A DNA stretch of 62,004 bases, taken from the IMG/VR virus record IMGVR_UViG_3300003669_000091, positions 1-62,004 of that record; one strand, written 5' to 3'. Made by a program: the position numbers and the translations under genes. Each line of letters begins with the position of its first letter. The first letter of the stretch is position 1. The stretch comes from a virus (lineage: Duplodnaviria > Caudoviricetes). Positions 46,807-56,810 of the stretch are shown piece by piece. The notes beneath the pieces are model-generated. The model made no database searches, was not told the DNA's origin, and saw nothing but the letters and a program-made list of their open reading frames with translations.

Positions 46807-47481
46807 TCAGAAGGCCAGGTCGAGTTGTTTGGTATCGCCCGAGCTCGCCGCACGCAACGTCCCACGCACACGATTGACCTGTGCTCGTGCGCGCCTCGCA
46901 AGCTCACCAGCCCGGTTGATCGCAGCCTCAAGCTTGGCGCCGCCGATCAGGTCCTCGTAACATGGGTTCATGTCCCGGAAGCGGTCCATCGCAGCGTTCG
47001 CCTCTTCCATGCTGTTCAGCACTTCAATGGTCGCCGTCTCGGACGTGTCGATCATCGTTTGCAGGCGCACGAGGTGATTGATCTGCGCTGCGGTCGTTTT
47101 CTCCATGGCATCGCGCAACCAGGTGCCGATTTCGCGCTCACGTGCAAGGCGAGGATCCCGTTCCCAATCATCCGCCACGCCGAAGAGGAAATCGATCGAC
47201 ACTTGGTAGAGCTTCGCGGCGCGCATGATCGTCAGCAGCGGAACGGAATCGGTATCGGAAGCCCCTTCGATCTTGGCCAGCTTCGATGAATTGGAGTATC
47301 CGAGCTTGATGGCAGCCTGCTGTTGGCTCAGGCCGGACATATCACGCGCTTCGCGCATCCGGGAGCCGACGACCTTAACCAGAGCCCTCTGCTCCTGCTT
47401 GCTGTCGCGAACAGTCAGGCGGCTGTTTGCTGCCTTGGTTGCCCTGGCCTTCTTCGTCCTGTCTTCAGCGCTGATTGTCAT
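46807..47481 (-). CDS. XRE-family HTH regulator; candidate late-promoter activator
   Basis: GSRMREARDMSGLSQQQAAIKLGYSNSSKLAKIEG...YQVSIDFLFG; immediately upstream of terS. Confidence 0.75.
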   Translation of the reverse strand: MTISAEDRTKKARATKAANSRLTVRDSKQEQRALVKVVGSRMREARDMSGLSQQQAAIKLGYSNSSKLAKIEGASDTDSVPLLTIMRAAKLYQVSIDFLFGVADDWERDPRLAREREIGTWLRDAMEKTTAAQINHLVRLQTMIDTSETATIEVLNSMEEANAAMDRFRDMNPCYEDLIGGAKLEAAINRAGELARRARAQVNRVRGTLRAASSGDTKQLDLAF

Positions 47482-47524
47482 TTATACCCCCTGGTCACTC
47501 GAGTCTCCATTCCAGCTACTTTCC

Positions 47525-47851
47525 TCATCCAGCAAGCTTCAGCCACCCCTGGCGAAGCCAATGGCGGACCGTCCGAATAGCGCCGCGGCGCCAGTACCAA
47601 ACCTTTTCTTCCCGGGACAGGTTCGCCCGGTCATCAAGTTCCATGTGGCAGTTGTGGCAACCGGCCGCAACGATGTCGTCTGCCTTGATGCCAATTCCTA
47701 TCCCCTCTTCCTGCCAGTTCGAGTGACATGGCTCCAGGCCGTCCATGGAATACCCGATGCAGCCCGGAATCTGCAGGGTGCATTCGTTCATCCGGTGACA
47801 CAGGTCCAGGATCTTGCGGTTGCGGAATGCCTTGTTCTTCTCGATCGCCAT
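47525..47851 (-). CDS. DUF1364-like Zn-binding nuclease-domain protein
   Basis: CTLQIPGC...CHSNW...GIGIKADD...GCHNCH..LD. Confidence 0.75.
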   Translation of the reverse strand: MAIEKNKAFRNRKILDLCHRMNECTLQIPGCIGYSMDGLEPCHSNWQEEGIGIGIKADDIVAAGCHNCHMELDDRANLSREEKVWYWRRGAIRTVRHWLRQGWLKLAG

Positions 47852-47853
47852 GG

Positions 47854-48273
47854 TCAGAAATTCCTGATGTTCTGATTTCGACCGGTGCGGCGAAACGCCT
47901 CTTCTCGCTTCAAGAAAGCGAGGTGCCGGCAGTGCTCGCAGCGGTCCTGTGTGTTCTCCGGGTTCTTGATCGCTTTGGCGGTACGGGTCGAATACCGACC
48001 ACATGAGCAGCGAACAACCCAATGGCGTGCGTAGTCAGCGCTGATCCCCAGCACTACGAATCGGCCGAACGTCATTCCAGCCAGATTGATGAATCCGGAC
48101 GCGTTGCGCTCGACCGACTGAATTTCCCGGATGGCCAACGGCGTGTCGCTATCACGTGTCTGAACGTGCTTGGCCGGCTCATAGTGGAATCCGCGAGCGG
48201 TGACCTGGGCCGCTACCCGATCAACCGGGCGGCGGGCATGAAAGTCGTCTGGAATGCCGGCAGCTTTATTCAT
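47854..48273 (-). CDS. Hypothetical Cys-rich protein
   Basis: NLAGMTFGRFVVLG..WVVRCSCG..CEHC. Confidence 0.6.
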   Translation of the reverse strand: MNKAAGIPDDFHARRPVDRVAAQVTARGFHYEPAKHVQTRDSDTPLAIREIQSVERNASGFINLAGMTFGRFVVLGISADYARHWVVRCSCGRYSTRTAKAIKNPENTQDRCEHCRHLAFLKREEAFRRTGRNQNIRNF

Positions 48274-48620
48274 CGCACATGCCTCCACACGATGTAGGCT
48301 GCTCCGATAGCTTCCCAGACTGAGAAGAACGTCATGCTGCGCTGTTGCACCGCTGACTCAACCGGAATGGCTATCAGATCGATGCCGAGCGAGAGCAGCG
48401 CATAGGCCGATGCGGTCTGCACCGATGACATGCTCGTTACCAGGAATAGCAGCGCCATATGCACGATAAAAGCCATCGGGTTTTCGAAGCGCAGGACCGA
48501 CGCGATAGCCGACAGCGCAAACACACTGATCATCAGTCCGATGCTACGGGTCGGAAGTCCCGTCATTGGGTGCCGGATCGTGATCAACAGCCAGATGTGG
48601 TGAGCGAGGCAGATGATCAT
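48270..48620 (-). CDS. Multi-pass membrane protein
   Basis: About 4 hydrophobic segments; ATGA overlaps on both sides. Confidence 0.6.
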   Translation of the reverse strand: MIICLAHHIWLLITIRHPMTGLPTRSIGLMISVFALSAIASVLRFENPMAFIVHMALLFLVTSMSSVQTASAYALLSLGIDLIAIPVESAVQQRSMTFFSVWEAIGAAYIVWRHVR

Positions 48621-49105
48621 GCTTCCTCAACGAATGAATCGGCCATCTCTTGCACGGCCTCGGCAGTCATTTCCGGCCAGTACGTGGCCGCGATGTGTCG
48701 GCAGAACGCCTTGCACACCTCGAAAAATTGCCCCTGATCCATGTTCTCGAATGCCAGCGAACGCGGTACCCGATGGATCAGTTCGCCGTGCCCGGGCATG
48801 ATGATCTTCGTCTCGTCACACTCGATGTTCCCGTCCAGTTGCAACGTCTTGAGCACCTGGTGAGCGTCCTGGCCTGCAAAGGACTCGATGTTCCGGCTGC
48901 ACAGCGTGCCGATGCGGTGAGCAAGTCTCCAGAACCCCGGGCTGCGGGGCTTGGTAATCTCCACAGCCACCAGATCATCCACACGGTATCCACGCTCACG
49001 AATGCGCGTCACGGTGTAGCTGTCGGCCGGCACAAGCGCGCCTTTCACGAAGCGGAACATCAGCCGCTCCCGGCGCTGCTTGGGTGGTTGTGCAGTCTGG
49101 GGCAC
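48617..49105 (-). CDS. DUF1367/NinB-like protein
   Basis: GALVPAD...KPRSPGF...PRSLAFENMDQGQF. Confidence 0.7.
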   Translation of the reverse strand: MPQTAQPPKQRRERLMFRFVKGALVPADSYTVTRIRERGYRVDDLVAVEITKPRSPGFWRLAHRIGTLCSRNIESFAGQDAHQVLKTLQLDGNIECDETKIIMPGHGELIHRVPRSLAFENMDQGQFFEVCKAFCRHIAATYWPEMTAEAVQEMADSFVEEA

Positions 49106-49111
49106 TGGCGG

Positions 49112-49294
49112 TTACCGGAAAGCCTTGGGAAAGCGCTTTTTGATGTCGGCCATACCGCGATTCATGAACTCTGCACGCTCATCGCAACCGACTGGGAATG
49201 CCGAATTGACGGGGAATTTCGCGTAAGCGTCGTCGTGAAGCTTCTGGATTGACTTCCTGGCTTCTGCCATTTGGCTTTGTGCGGTATTGCTCAT
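49112..49294 (-). CDS. Hypothetical protein
   Basis: Strong SD AAGGAG. Confidence 0.6.
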   Translation of the reverse strand: MSNTAQSQMAEARKSIQKLHDDAYAKFPVNSAFPVGCDERAEFMNRGMADIKKRFPKAFR

Positions 49295-49320
49295 GTCGGT
49301 ATTGCTCCTTTTCGATTGGG

Positions 49321-49554
49321 TTACAGCAGCGATGCCTGCTGTGCGTTTTCTTGTTTGGCGTGCCAGGCAGCCGAAGCCATCGATTTCAGGCGCTCAACGG
49401 CCTCGCTGCCGCGTTTTTCGAGAACCATTCCGTAGAATTCAGCACGTTCCTCGTGGGGCATACTGTCTACCTGACGCGCTTCGCACTCGGCCATGAACCG
49501 AGGTGTCCAGGTGCAGTTCGGGCGGGAACACGGGTTCTTTCCGCACATGCTCAC
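49321..49554 (-). CDS. Hypothetical protein
   Basis: ECEAR.V..MP..ER..F...V.EKRG pattern common after phage replication genes. Confidence 0.6.
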   Translation of the reverse strand: MSMCGKNPCSRPNCTWTPRFMAECEARQVDSMPHEERAEFYGMVLEKRGSEAVERLKSMASAAWHAKQENAQQASLL

Positions 49555-50326
49555 ACCACGTCCTTACGATTGCTCTGTGCGGACGCGACAGCCTCTGCCG
49601 CGGCCAATTTTCTGGCCTGAAAATCAGCGCGCATTCGCTCCTGTTCATCCCGGCGGCGCCGATCAGACTCGCTCCGCGCCCTGGCAAGGTTGTCCCGGAT
49701 TTCACGGCAACGCCGGCTGATCTCTTCCGATTCTTTGCCGTCCATGGCGTCACGGTGTTCCATCGGAGCGCCGAGCAGCAGGCTGACAACAAGTCCGCTT
49801 CCGCTTGGCGCCGGCAACAGCCCAGCAACTGCGTTTTCGGTCAGCATGCCGGTCTCTACCGCACGGGTCAGGACAGCACGCCGCTGCGCCGTGTCCCATC
49901 CGAGCGAGGCAGACCACTGGGCTGGTCTGCGCTGCAAACGCGCGTCGCTCACCAAGCGTTCATAGGCATTGCGAAACGCCATGCGGGCGCCGACCTTGTC
50001 GCCTGCTTCCAGTACGGATCGTGCGATGGCGAACGCTTCCTGCATCTCGCTTGACCAGACCACCGTAGCGGACTCGTCCTGAGCATCAAGCGCCCGAGCC
50101 CATGCCTCATCGGCACTGGGCCGGCCATCGGACACTCGCTCGAGCACTGCGCCGAGGGTGAATCCGCCAGGGCGAAGCTCGCGCCGGCAGCGTTGCAACG
50201 CCACGATTACCGCCTGGACGTTGCAGGTCATCAACTCTTCAGCCATGGTCGCTTGAGCTATGGCCGATAGCTGCGTGTTGGTCAATTCTGCCGTGACGGC
50301 TATCGCATCGAGCAGGTTATCGATGC

Positions 50327-50330
<4 letters not shown>
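49551..50330 (-). CDS. Replication protein P-like (helicase loader/inhibitor)
   Basis: DGRPSADEAWA..DESATVVWS.EM..AF...ARMAFRNAYERLV; directly follows the initiator. Confidence 0.65.
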
Positions 50331-51411
<1,081 letters not shown>

Positions 51412-51415
<4 letters not shown>

Positions 51416-51876
51416 TTTTTCTGCCGAATTTCGATGATATGGATTCCGTGGACCGTGGCCATGAGGTGGCGCTTGATCCGGAAGCCTTCCGTTACCTTCT
51501 CGGCTCCCTTCACGTCTTCGACGATCTGTTTCCCATCCTGGCGATAAACGAAATCAGCGAGGTAGCGCAGCGGAGGCGACATCCGATGCCTGCCATGAAG
51601 ATGGACGGCCGGTGCCAATTCGAACGACACCTGACACTGGAGATCGGTGATAACGCCACACTGCTGGAGCAATCGCAGCTGGTTGTAGCGCTTGGCTTCG
51701 ACCTTGCTATCGAAGTTGATGTTGTCGATTCGCACCCTGACGTTGCCGTGTTTGCTGCGGCGCTTCACGGTACCGCCGTGAGCAGTTGTCACGATAGTGT
51801 TTGCGTTTCGTCCTTCGGGCTTCTGCAGGCGTGCTTGCATGGCTTCCAGATCGCGTTCTGATAGGCGACGTGTCAC
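51412..51876 (-). CDS. DUF1064-family PD-(D/E)XK endonuclease
   Basis: SKHGN...FDSKVEAKRY..L..LQCQVSFEL...YLADFVY...VEDVKG. Confidence 0.85.
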
Positions 51877-52748
51877 GCGGCTATCTCTCCACCAACATGG
51901 ACAAAAGGAGCAGGTTCAAGGCCTTTTTCGAAGGCTTCCTTGATGCGCTTCAGATGCAGTCGAAGTGACTTGATTTCCTCATTCTCATTGAGTCGATCAG
52001 CCAAACGACTGGCGCGCCCAATGATCTGATAAACCGCTGCGTCTGCCGGCAATCCAAGGGCAACAGCCAATTCAGCCCTGCATTCGGTGATACGCGATGT
52101 GTCTCGCTCAATATCCAGCGACAAACTACGAGCGGCCTCTTCGCGTTCTTTGCGAATCGATGCCGCTTGCGTCTCGAGGCGTGTCTTTTCAATGACCAGC
52201 CTGGCTATTGCTTGGTCACGATCTGCCAACGCATTGGCCAGTTCACTACCGTAGCGCTTCATGATTGCCTTGTTGGCACGGTATTCATGATTCAGGTTGC
52301 GCGGTTCGTGGCAGCGATTGTTGATATCAACCTGACGCCATATCCCGCCCATGATCAGTTTTAGCCAAACATCCCGACTCAACGTTTCGATGTGCTTCAA
52401 GGTTGGCGCCTTCAAGGTTCTCCAGCCATCTTCATTGCGCACCATCAACCCGCATCCGACAGGAACATCGGCCTTGGTGATCAGTCCGGCCGGTACCGCG
52501 AAGGTGACGCCGGCGGCGTACTGCAGATAGCTATTCCACTTACCTGAGGTGATGTCGCGGCGGAAGTCGGCGACGCTGATCTTGATCTCATAGGCGAGTG
52601 GGACGAACTTGGTGAAGCTCTTCGGTATCGTATAGATGTCCGGCCGCGGCGAGCCGGCCGGACCAAGTTGCATGTCTTCCCAGACAACGCGCTCACGGGT
52701 GGCGCGAAGGTGGGCGGCCAGGTCGGCGAGAAGTTCGTTGTGCGTCAT
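51873..52748 (-). CDS. MmcB-like PD-(D/E)XK nuclease with coiled-coil C-terminus
   Basis: RPDIY...AYEIKISVADFRRD..KWNSY...FAVPAGLI...P.GCGL. Confidence 0.75.
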   Translation of the reverse strand: MTHNELLADLAAHLRATRERVVWEDMQLGPAGSPRPDIYTIPKSFTKFVPLAYEIKISVADFRRDITSGKWNSYLQYAAGVTFAVPAGLITKADVPVGCGLMVRNEDGWRTLKAPTLKHIETLSRDVWLKLIMGGIWRQVDINNRCHEPRNLNHEYRANKAIMKRYGSELANALADRDQAIARLVIEKTRLETQAASIRKEREEAARSLSLDIERDTSRITECRAELAVALGLPADAAVYQIIGRASRLADRLNENEEIKSLRLHLKRIKEAFEKGLEPAPFVHVGGEIAA

Positions 52749-52751
52749 CGG

Positions 52752-53846
52752 TCACCCACACAATCCATATGATGAAGCGCACATATCTGGCTCGATAAAA
52801 TCCGCAAGGAACGTCATCTGCCGGCCACCGCGGCCAGTGTTTGCCCACTCGATCACGGCTTCGACGCACTCGGCTTGATAAATCGTCCGAAGGTCGTCGT
52901 TGTCGCGGTGGAGTTCCTTGTTGAAGAAGGTGGAGAAGCCGCGCTTGGCAGCTTGTGAAACCAGCTCCTCCCAGCGGGCTTTCTCTTCGAGGTGGCCAGA
53001 GAAGCGGACCGAAATCTGAACAATCTCGTCCTTGCCGACGTTGATGCACGGCATACAGCCGACGCGGCCCATGCCCTGCTTATAAAGAGGGTTCGGCTGC
53101 AGGCCATTTCGCCCGCAGTACTCGAAGACCTGCATGGCGGTCCATTCAACCAGAGGCCGGAAGGCGTAGAGATTCGGGCCGATGCGCTCGATCTTCTTGG
53201 CGTGCTTGCGGTTCTGGCTCTCGTCGCGGCGCACACCCTGCCAGCTGATCACCTTGTGGCCCTGGTCAAGCAGGTTGATCTGGAAGGCCACGGCCATGTT
53301 CCGCTTCAGTTCCTCGGTGTAGAACTGTGCCTTACGGCTAGGGAAACGCCCCTTCCAAAGGCAGAGGTCCAGGAACGGGTTTCCGGTCGGGTGGAGGATG
53401 GCCAGTGCCCGGCGCTTTGCCTTGTTGGTCCAGCGCACGCGACGGCCGCCGCCGATCTTCTTGGTTTTCTGGGTCAGCGCGCAATATGGATTGTCGTCCT
53501 TCTTTTTCAGAGTGAAGCGGAGGCGCCCATGGCCATCACGCGCCCATACCGGGTTTCCTTGATCGTCAAAAATGTCGACTTCGTCATACTTGCGACCGAT
53601 CCGCTGGTCGTTGGCGATGAACCGGCGCTTGGCGGCAATCTGCTCAGAGAAGTCGGCCTTCAGGCGAACGATGGTGATGTCTAGGGCCTGCTCCATGTAG
53701 GCCAGGTACTTGTAGACCTCGGCGTGCTCGTTGCCGGTGTCGCAGAAGATCGGGATCACCGAGTCACGCGGGCAGCGCTCCAGCGCGAGCAGTAGAGTGG
53801 CTGCGCTGTCCTTACCGCCAGATACCGAAACTACGTGGTGAATCAC
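52752..53846 (-). CDS. Phosphoadenosine phosphosulfate (PAPS) reductase-family protein
   Basis: PP-loop SVSGGKDS, FCDTGNEH, WQGVRRDES..R, NPLYKQGMGRVGCMPCI. Confidence 0.9.
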   Translation of the reverse strand: MIHHVVSVSGGKDSAATLLLALERCPRDSVIPIFCDTGNEHAEVYKYLAYMEQALDITIVRLKADFSEQIAAKRRFIANDQRIGRKYDEVDIFDDQGNPVWARDGHGRLRFTLKKKDDNPYCALTQKTKKIGGGRRVRWTNKAKRRALAILHPTGNPFLDLCLWKGRFPSRKAQFYTEELKRNMAVAFQINLLDQGHKVISWQGVRRDESQNRKHAKKIERIGPNLYAFRPLVEWTAMQVFEYCGRNGLQPNPLYKQGMGRVGCMPCINVGKDEIVQISVRFSGHLEEKARWEELVSQAAKRGFSTFFNKELHRDNDDLRTIYQAECVEAVIEWANTGRGGRQMTFLADFIEPDMCASSYGLCG

Positions 53847-54061
53847 GGCACTCTCCTATGCAGCATGTTGAACGCACGGCGCAAAACATATGACCTGGCA
53901 ATGCTGACTACCATGAATATCAGGCCGATTTTGATGTTCTCCCAAAAGGTGAAGGTCGCGCCGTAGAACGGATAGACGACAAGTTGCACGGCCAGATTGA
54001 TGAAGTAGCCGATGATCGTGTTTGCCCACGCTTCGATTAGTGACTGGAACCGGCTCTGCAT
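53843..54061 (-). CDS. Small two-TM membrane protein
   Basis: MQSR.QSLIEAWAN...SIARSYVLRRAFN, often seen beside phage methyltransferases. Confidence 0.7.
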   Translation of the reverse strand: MQSRFQSLIEAWANTIIGYFINLAVQLVVYPFYGATFTFWENIKIGLIFMVVSIARSYVLRRAFNMLHRRVP

Positions 54062-54171
54062 TACATCGACTCCTTACCACCAATCGCCGCCCATATCCCA
54101 ACCAACCCGATCACTACGAACGGCGACACGCAGAACGCAGACAAGATGATTTCGTCAATCTCGCCACTCAT
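54061..54171 (-). CDS. 36-aa single-TM peptide
   Basis: ATGA overlap upstream, TAATG overlap downstream; SD GGAGG. Confidence 0.5.
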   Translation of the reverse strand: MSGEIDEIILSAFCVSPFVVIGLVGIWAAIGGKESM

Positions 54172-56810
54172 GCCGCCTCCGGCATGTCGAAGGTATCGAA
54201 CAGGCTGGGCATGCTCATCTCGCGCTCGGCAGCCTGCAGGTAATGCACGCCATCCATGAAGTAGCGCGTCGAAAGCTCGGTGGCGATGCCCTTGCGGCCC
54301 TTCAGGATGGCGCGGTACGGAACGCTCATGATTCCTCCGAAAGGATCGAACACCGTCTCGCCCTTCATGGAAAACTGTTCGATCACACGGTCGACGATAT
54401 CGAACTGAAGAGGGCACAGATGCTGTTCTTGCCCCTTCTGCGCCTGAATCATGTTCAGGGTCCGCATGCGGGCAATGTCTGTCCAGACATCATCCATCCA
54501 GGAAGGCGGCTGCAGGAGCATGAACGACGAAGGCAACCGGCCGAAGGCATCGATCGTCTCGCCGATGCGGACATGCTGTTCGAAGTCGTAGATGTTCGCC
54601 AGGTGGAAATCCCGGAACCAGCGGAAAATGATGTCGTGGTCCAGGGTCTCCAGTTCTTCCGGCGTCAGCATGCGATTTCCATTGGAACGCATGAGGGCAT
54701 GGGCATCGACCTGCCAGCGAGCTCGGCTGTATCCGGTGCCGGGAATCTCCTTGCCGTTACGCACCCACGGAATGACGTTGCCAGTGGCGTCCTCGCAGTT
54801 CGGCTTGGCCTTGGTCACCGGCTCATCGGCGTAGGAATTGCTGGTGTCGGTCGGCGGCTTGCGGAACAGCAACAGGTACTCCGGCATGCCGCACCCCATC
54901 TTGGTACCGTCTTTGCACTGCTCAGACCAACCGAGTCGATAGGTCTGATTGTTCTCGCGCACGACATCGGTCACGATGGTCTTCATGCCCATATAGCCGA
55001 AGCCGTGCTTTGTGTAGTGCTCGATGCACGTGGCGTGGAACGGATAGACAGTCTGGAAGCCGAGGCCTGTCATGCCGCCAGGAACGATCCGGTCCTTGAC
55101 GTGGATGGCCGCAATGCGACCAGGCTTCAGGACGCGTAGGAGGTTCGGCGTCAGGAAGTCCATCTGTTCGAAAAAATGGGCGTTGTTGTCGGAGTGGCCG
55201 AAGTCAGAGTAGTTCGGCGAGTACTCGTATTGGGTTGAAAACGGGATGCTGGTGATGATCAGATCGATGCTGTTTTCGTCCATCGCTGCCGCCTCGAGCA
55301 CGCAATCGTTGTTGATCGCGCGGAAATTCCTGCCGGTAACTTCGATGCGCTCGACACCCATGGAGCGCTTGAGCGTTTCAGCCATGGCTGCCGTCGAGAG
55401 GCCGTATTCCTTGATGATTTCAGTCATTCTTGCCACCTGTTCGTTGTGTTGCTGCCATTTCTGCTCGAGGATTCGGCGCACTTCGCGCTCCTGTTCGGTG
55501 TAGATCAGGTCGATGCGGACCTTCTTCTCTTGAAGAAAGCGATGTAGCCGGTGAATGGCTTGAATGAAATCGGAGAACTTGAAGCCGATGCCGAGAAAAA
55601 TGGCCCAGGCACAGTGCCGCTGGAAGTTGCAACCAGAGCCGAGCATCACTGGCTTGCCGGCCAGTTCTCTAAACTTCCCCTCCGAGAAACCGATGATCCG
55701 CTCGGCCTTGACATCGTCTTCCTGGCCGCCAAACACGCTGACCACATCGGGAATCGCCTTCTCAATCGCATGGCGTTCTGCCTCAAGGTCATGCCAGATG
55801 ATCCGATGAGCATCCGGGTCGCCCTGGCGAAGCTCCATCATCTTGGCGATGCGTTCCGGCAAGCTCTCACGCTTCTCGCGTGCAGAATCGACCACGCCGA
55901 TAGCCTGCTGCTTGATCAGCTGGCCCTGGCCACGGAAGTCGAATCCTGCCTCCGAGTGATCGGCCGGGATCTCGTGCCAGTTGATCTCCATCTCCGGCAG
56001 TGCATAGCCTTCGTCAGAGAAACCAAGGTCGGAAGGTTTCTGAACGAAGATGCCCCAGGACGCTACCCACAGCCAGAACTCTCGCTCCTTGTGCGGATGC
56101 AGGGTCAGCTGGTCGGCCTTCTCAGCATTGCGCTTGAAGAAACGGGTCTTCCCAGCGCCGACATCCATCACGCCGAGGAATGCCGAGTATGCGAGCAGTT
56201 CGATGTACTCATTCGGGCTGGGCGTCGCGGTCGCAACGAAACGGTACTTGACCCCTTCGCTCAACACTCGGTCATTCATGGTCTTGCGGTCGCCGGCGAA
56301 GGTGGCCATGAACTCACGGAATGTCTTCGTTCCACCGAAGCCGCGCAGGATGGCCGCTTCGTCAAGACTCGCCACAATGAAATGCCGCGGGTCCAGTTTC
56401 CCATCGCGGACCGTTTCATAGTTGGTCAGGTAGATACCAGGGCCATCGCACTCTTCAATCCGCCGGATGAACTTCACCTGAATGCCGAGCATGGCCGCAT
56501 CGCGCATGAATTCCTGACGGACGCCCAGCGGGATGACGATCAGGCCCATGCCTTCAATGCCGAAATTCCGGAGCGCCAACTGCAGGATGAGGCGGACCAC
56601 TTCCAGCTGGATGATGCTCTTACCGAGGCCGAATGCGGCGAAGCACGCCGCCCGCCCCATGAGTACCATCCAGCGGACGATTGCGCGCTGATGCGGCTTC
56701 AGAATCGGATTGATCTCGGACTCGTCGATGTCGAAGCCGAGCGAGTCGGCCATGACGACCTTGGCGCGGAGGAAGGCTTGATAGCGTTCGATCAGGTCAC
56801 CAGACATCAT
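54168..56810 (-). CDS. SNF2-like helicase fused to an N4/N6 DNA methyltransferase
   Basis: LKPHQ, FGLGKS, LDEAAIL, TATPSPN, GCNFQ, QAIHRLHRF; then DLIITSIPF, HLCPLQ, VFDPFGGIMS. Confidence 0.9.
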   Translation of the reverse strand: MMSGDLIERYQAFLRAKVVMADSLGFDIDESEINPILKPHQRAIVRWMVLMGRAACFAAFGLGKSIIQLEVVRLILQLALRNFGIEGMGLIVIPLGVRQEFMRDAAMLGIQVKFIRRIEECDGPGIYLTNYETVRDGKLDPRHFIVASLDEAAILRGFGGTKTFREFMATFAGDRKTMNDRVLSEGVKYRFVATATPSPNEYIELLAYSAFLGVMDVGAGKTRFFKRNAEKADQLTLHPHKEREFWLWVASWGIFVQKPSDLGFSDEGYALPEMEINWHEIPADHSEAGFDFRGQGQLIKQQAIGVVDSAREKRESLPERIAKMMELRQGDPDAHRIIWHDLEAERHAIEKAIPDVVSVFGGQEDDVKAERIIGFSEGKFRELAGKPVMLGSGCNFQRHCAWAIFLGIGFKFSDFIQAIHRLHRFLQEKKVRIDLIYTEQEREVRRILEQKWQQHNEQVARMTEIIKEYGLSTAAMAETLKRSMGVERIEVTGRNFRAINNDCVLEAAAMDENSIDLIITSIPFSTQYEYSPNYSDFGHSDNNAHFFEQMDFLTPNLLRVLKPGRIAAIHVKDRIVPGGMTGLGFQTVYPFHATCIEHYTKHGFGYMGMKTIVTDVVRENNQTYRLGWSEQCKDGTKMGCGMPEYLLLFRKPPTDTSNSYADEPVTKAKPNCEDATGNVIPWVRNGKEIPGTGYSRARWQVDAHALMRSNGNRMLTPEELETLDHDIIFRWFRDFHLANIYDFEQHVRIGETIDAFGRLPSSFMLLQPPSWMDDVWTDIARMRTLNMIQAQKGQEQHLCPLQFDIVDRVIEQFSMKGETVFDPFGGIMSVPYRAILKGRKGIATELSTRYFMDGVHYLQAAEREMSMPSLFDTFDMPEAA

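Noticed and set aside
54168-56810. Calling the SNF2-methyltransferase fusion DarB
   Set aside because: Much shorter than DarB, domain order reversed, and located in the early region rather than a virion operon.
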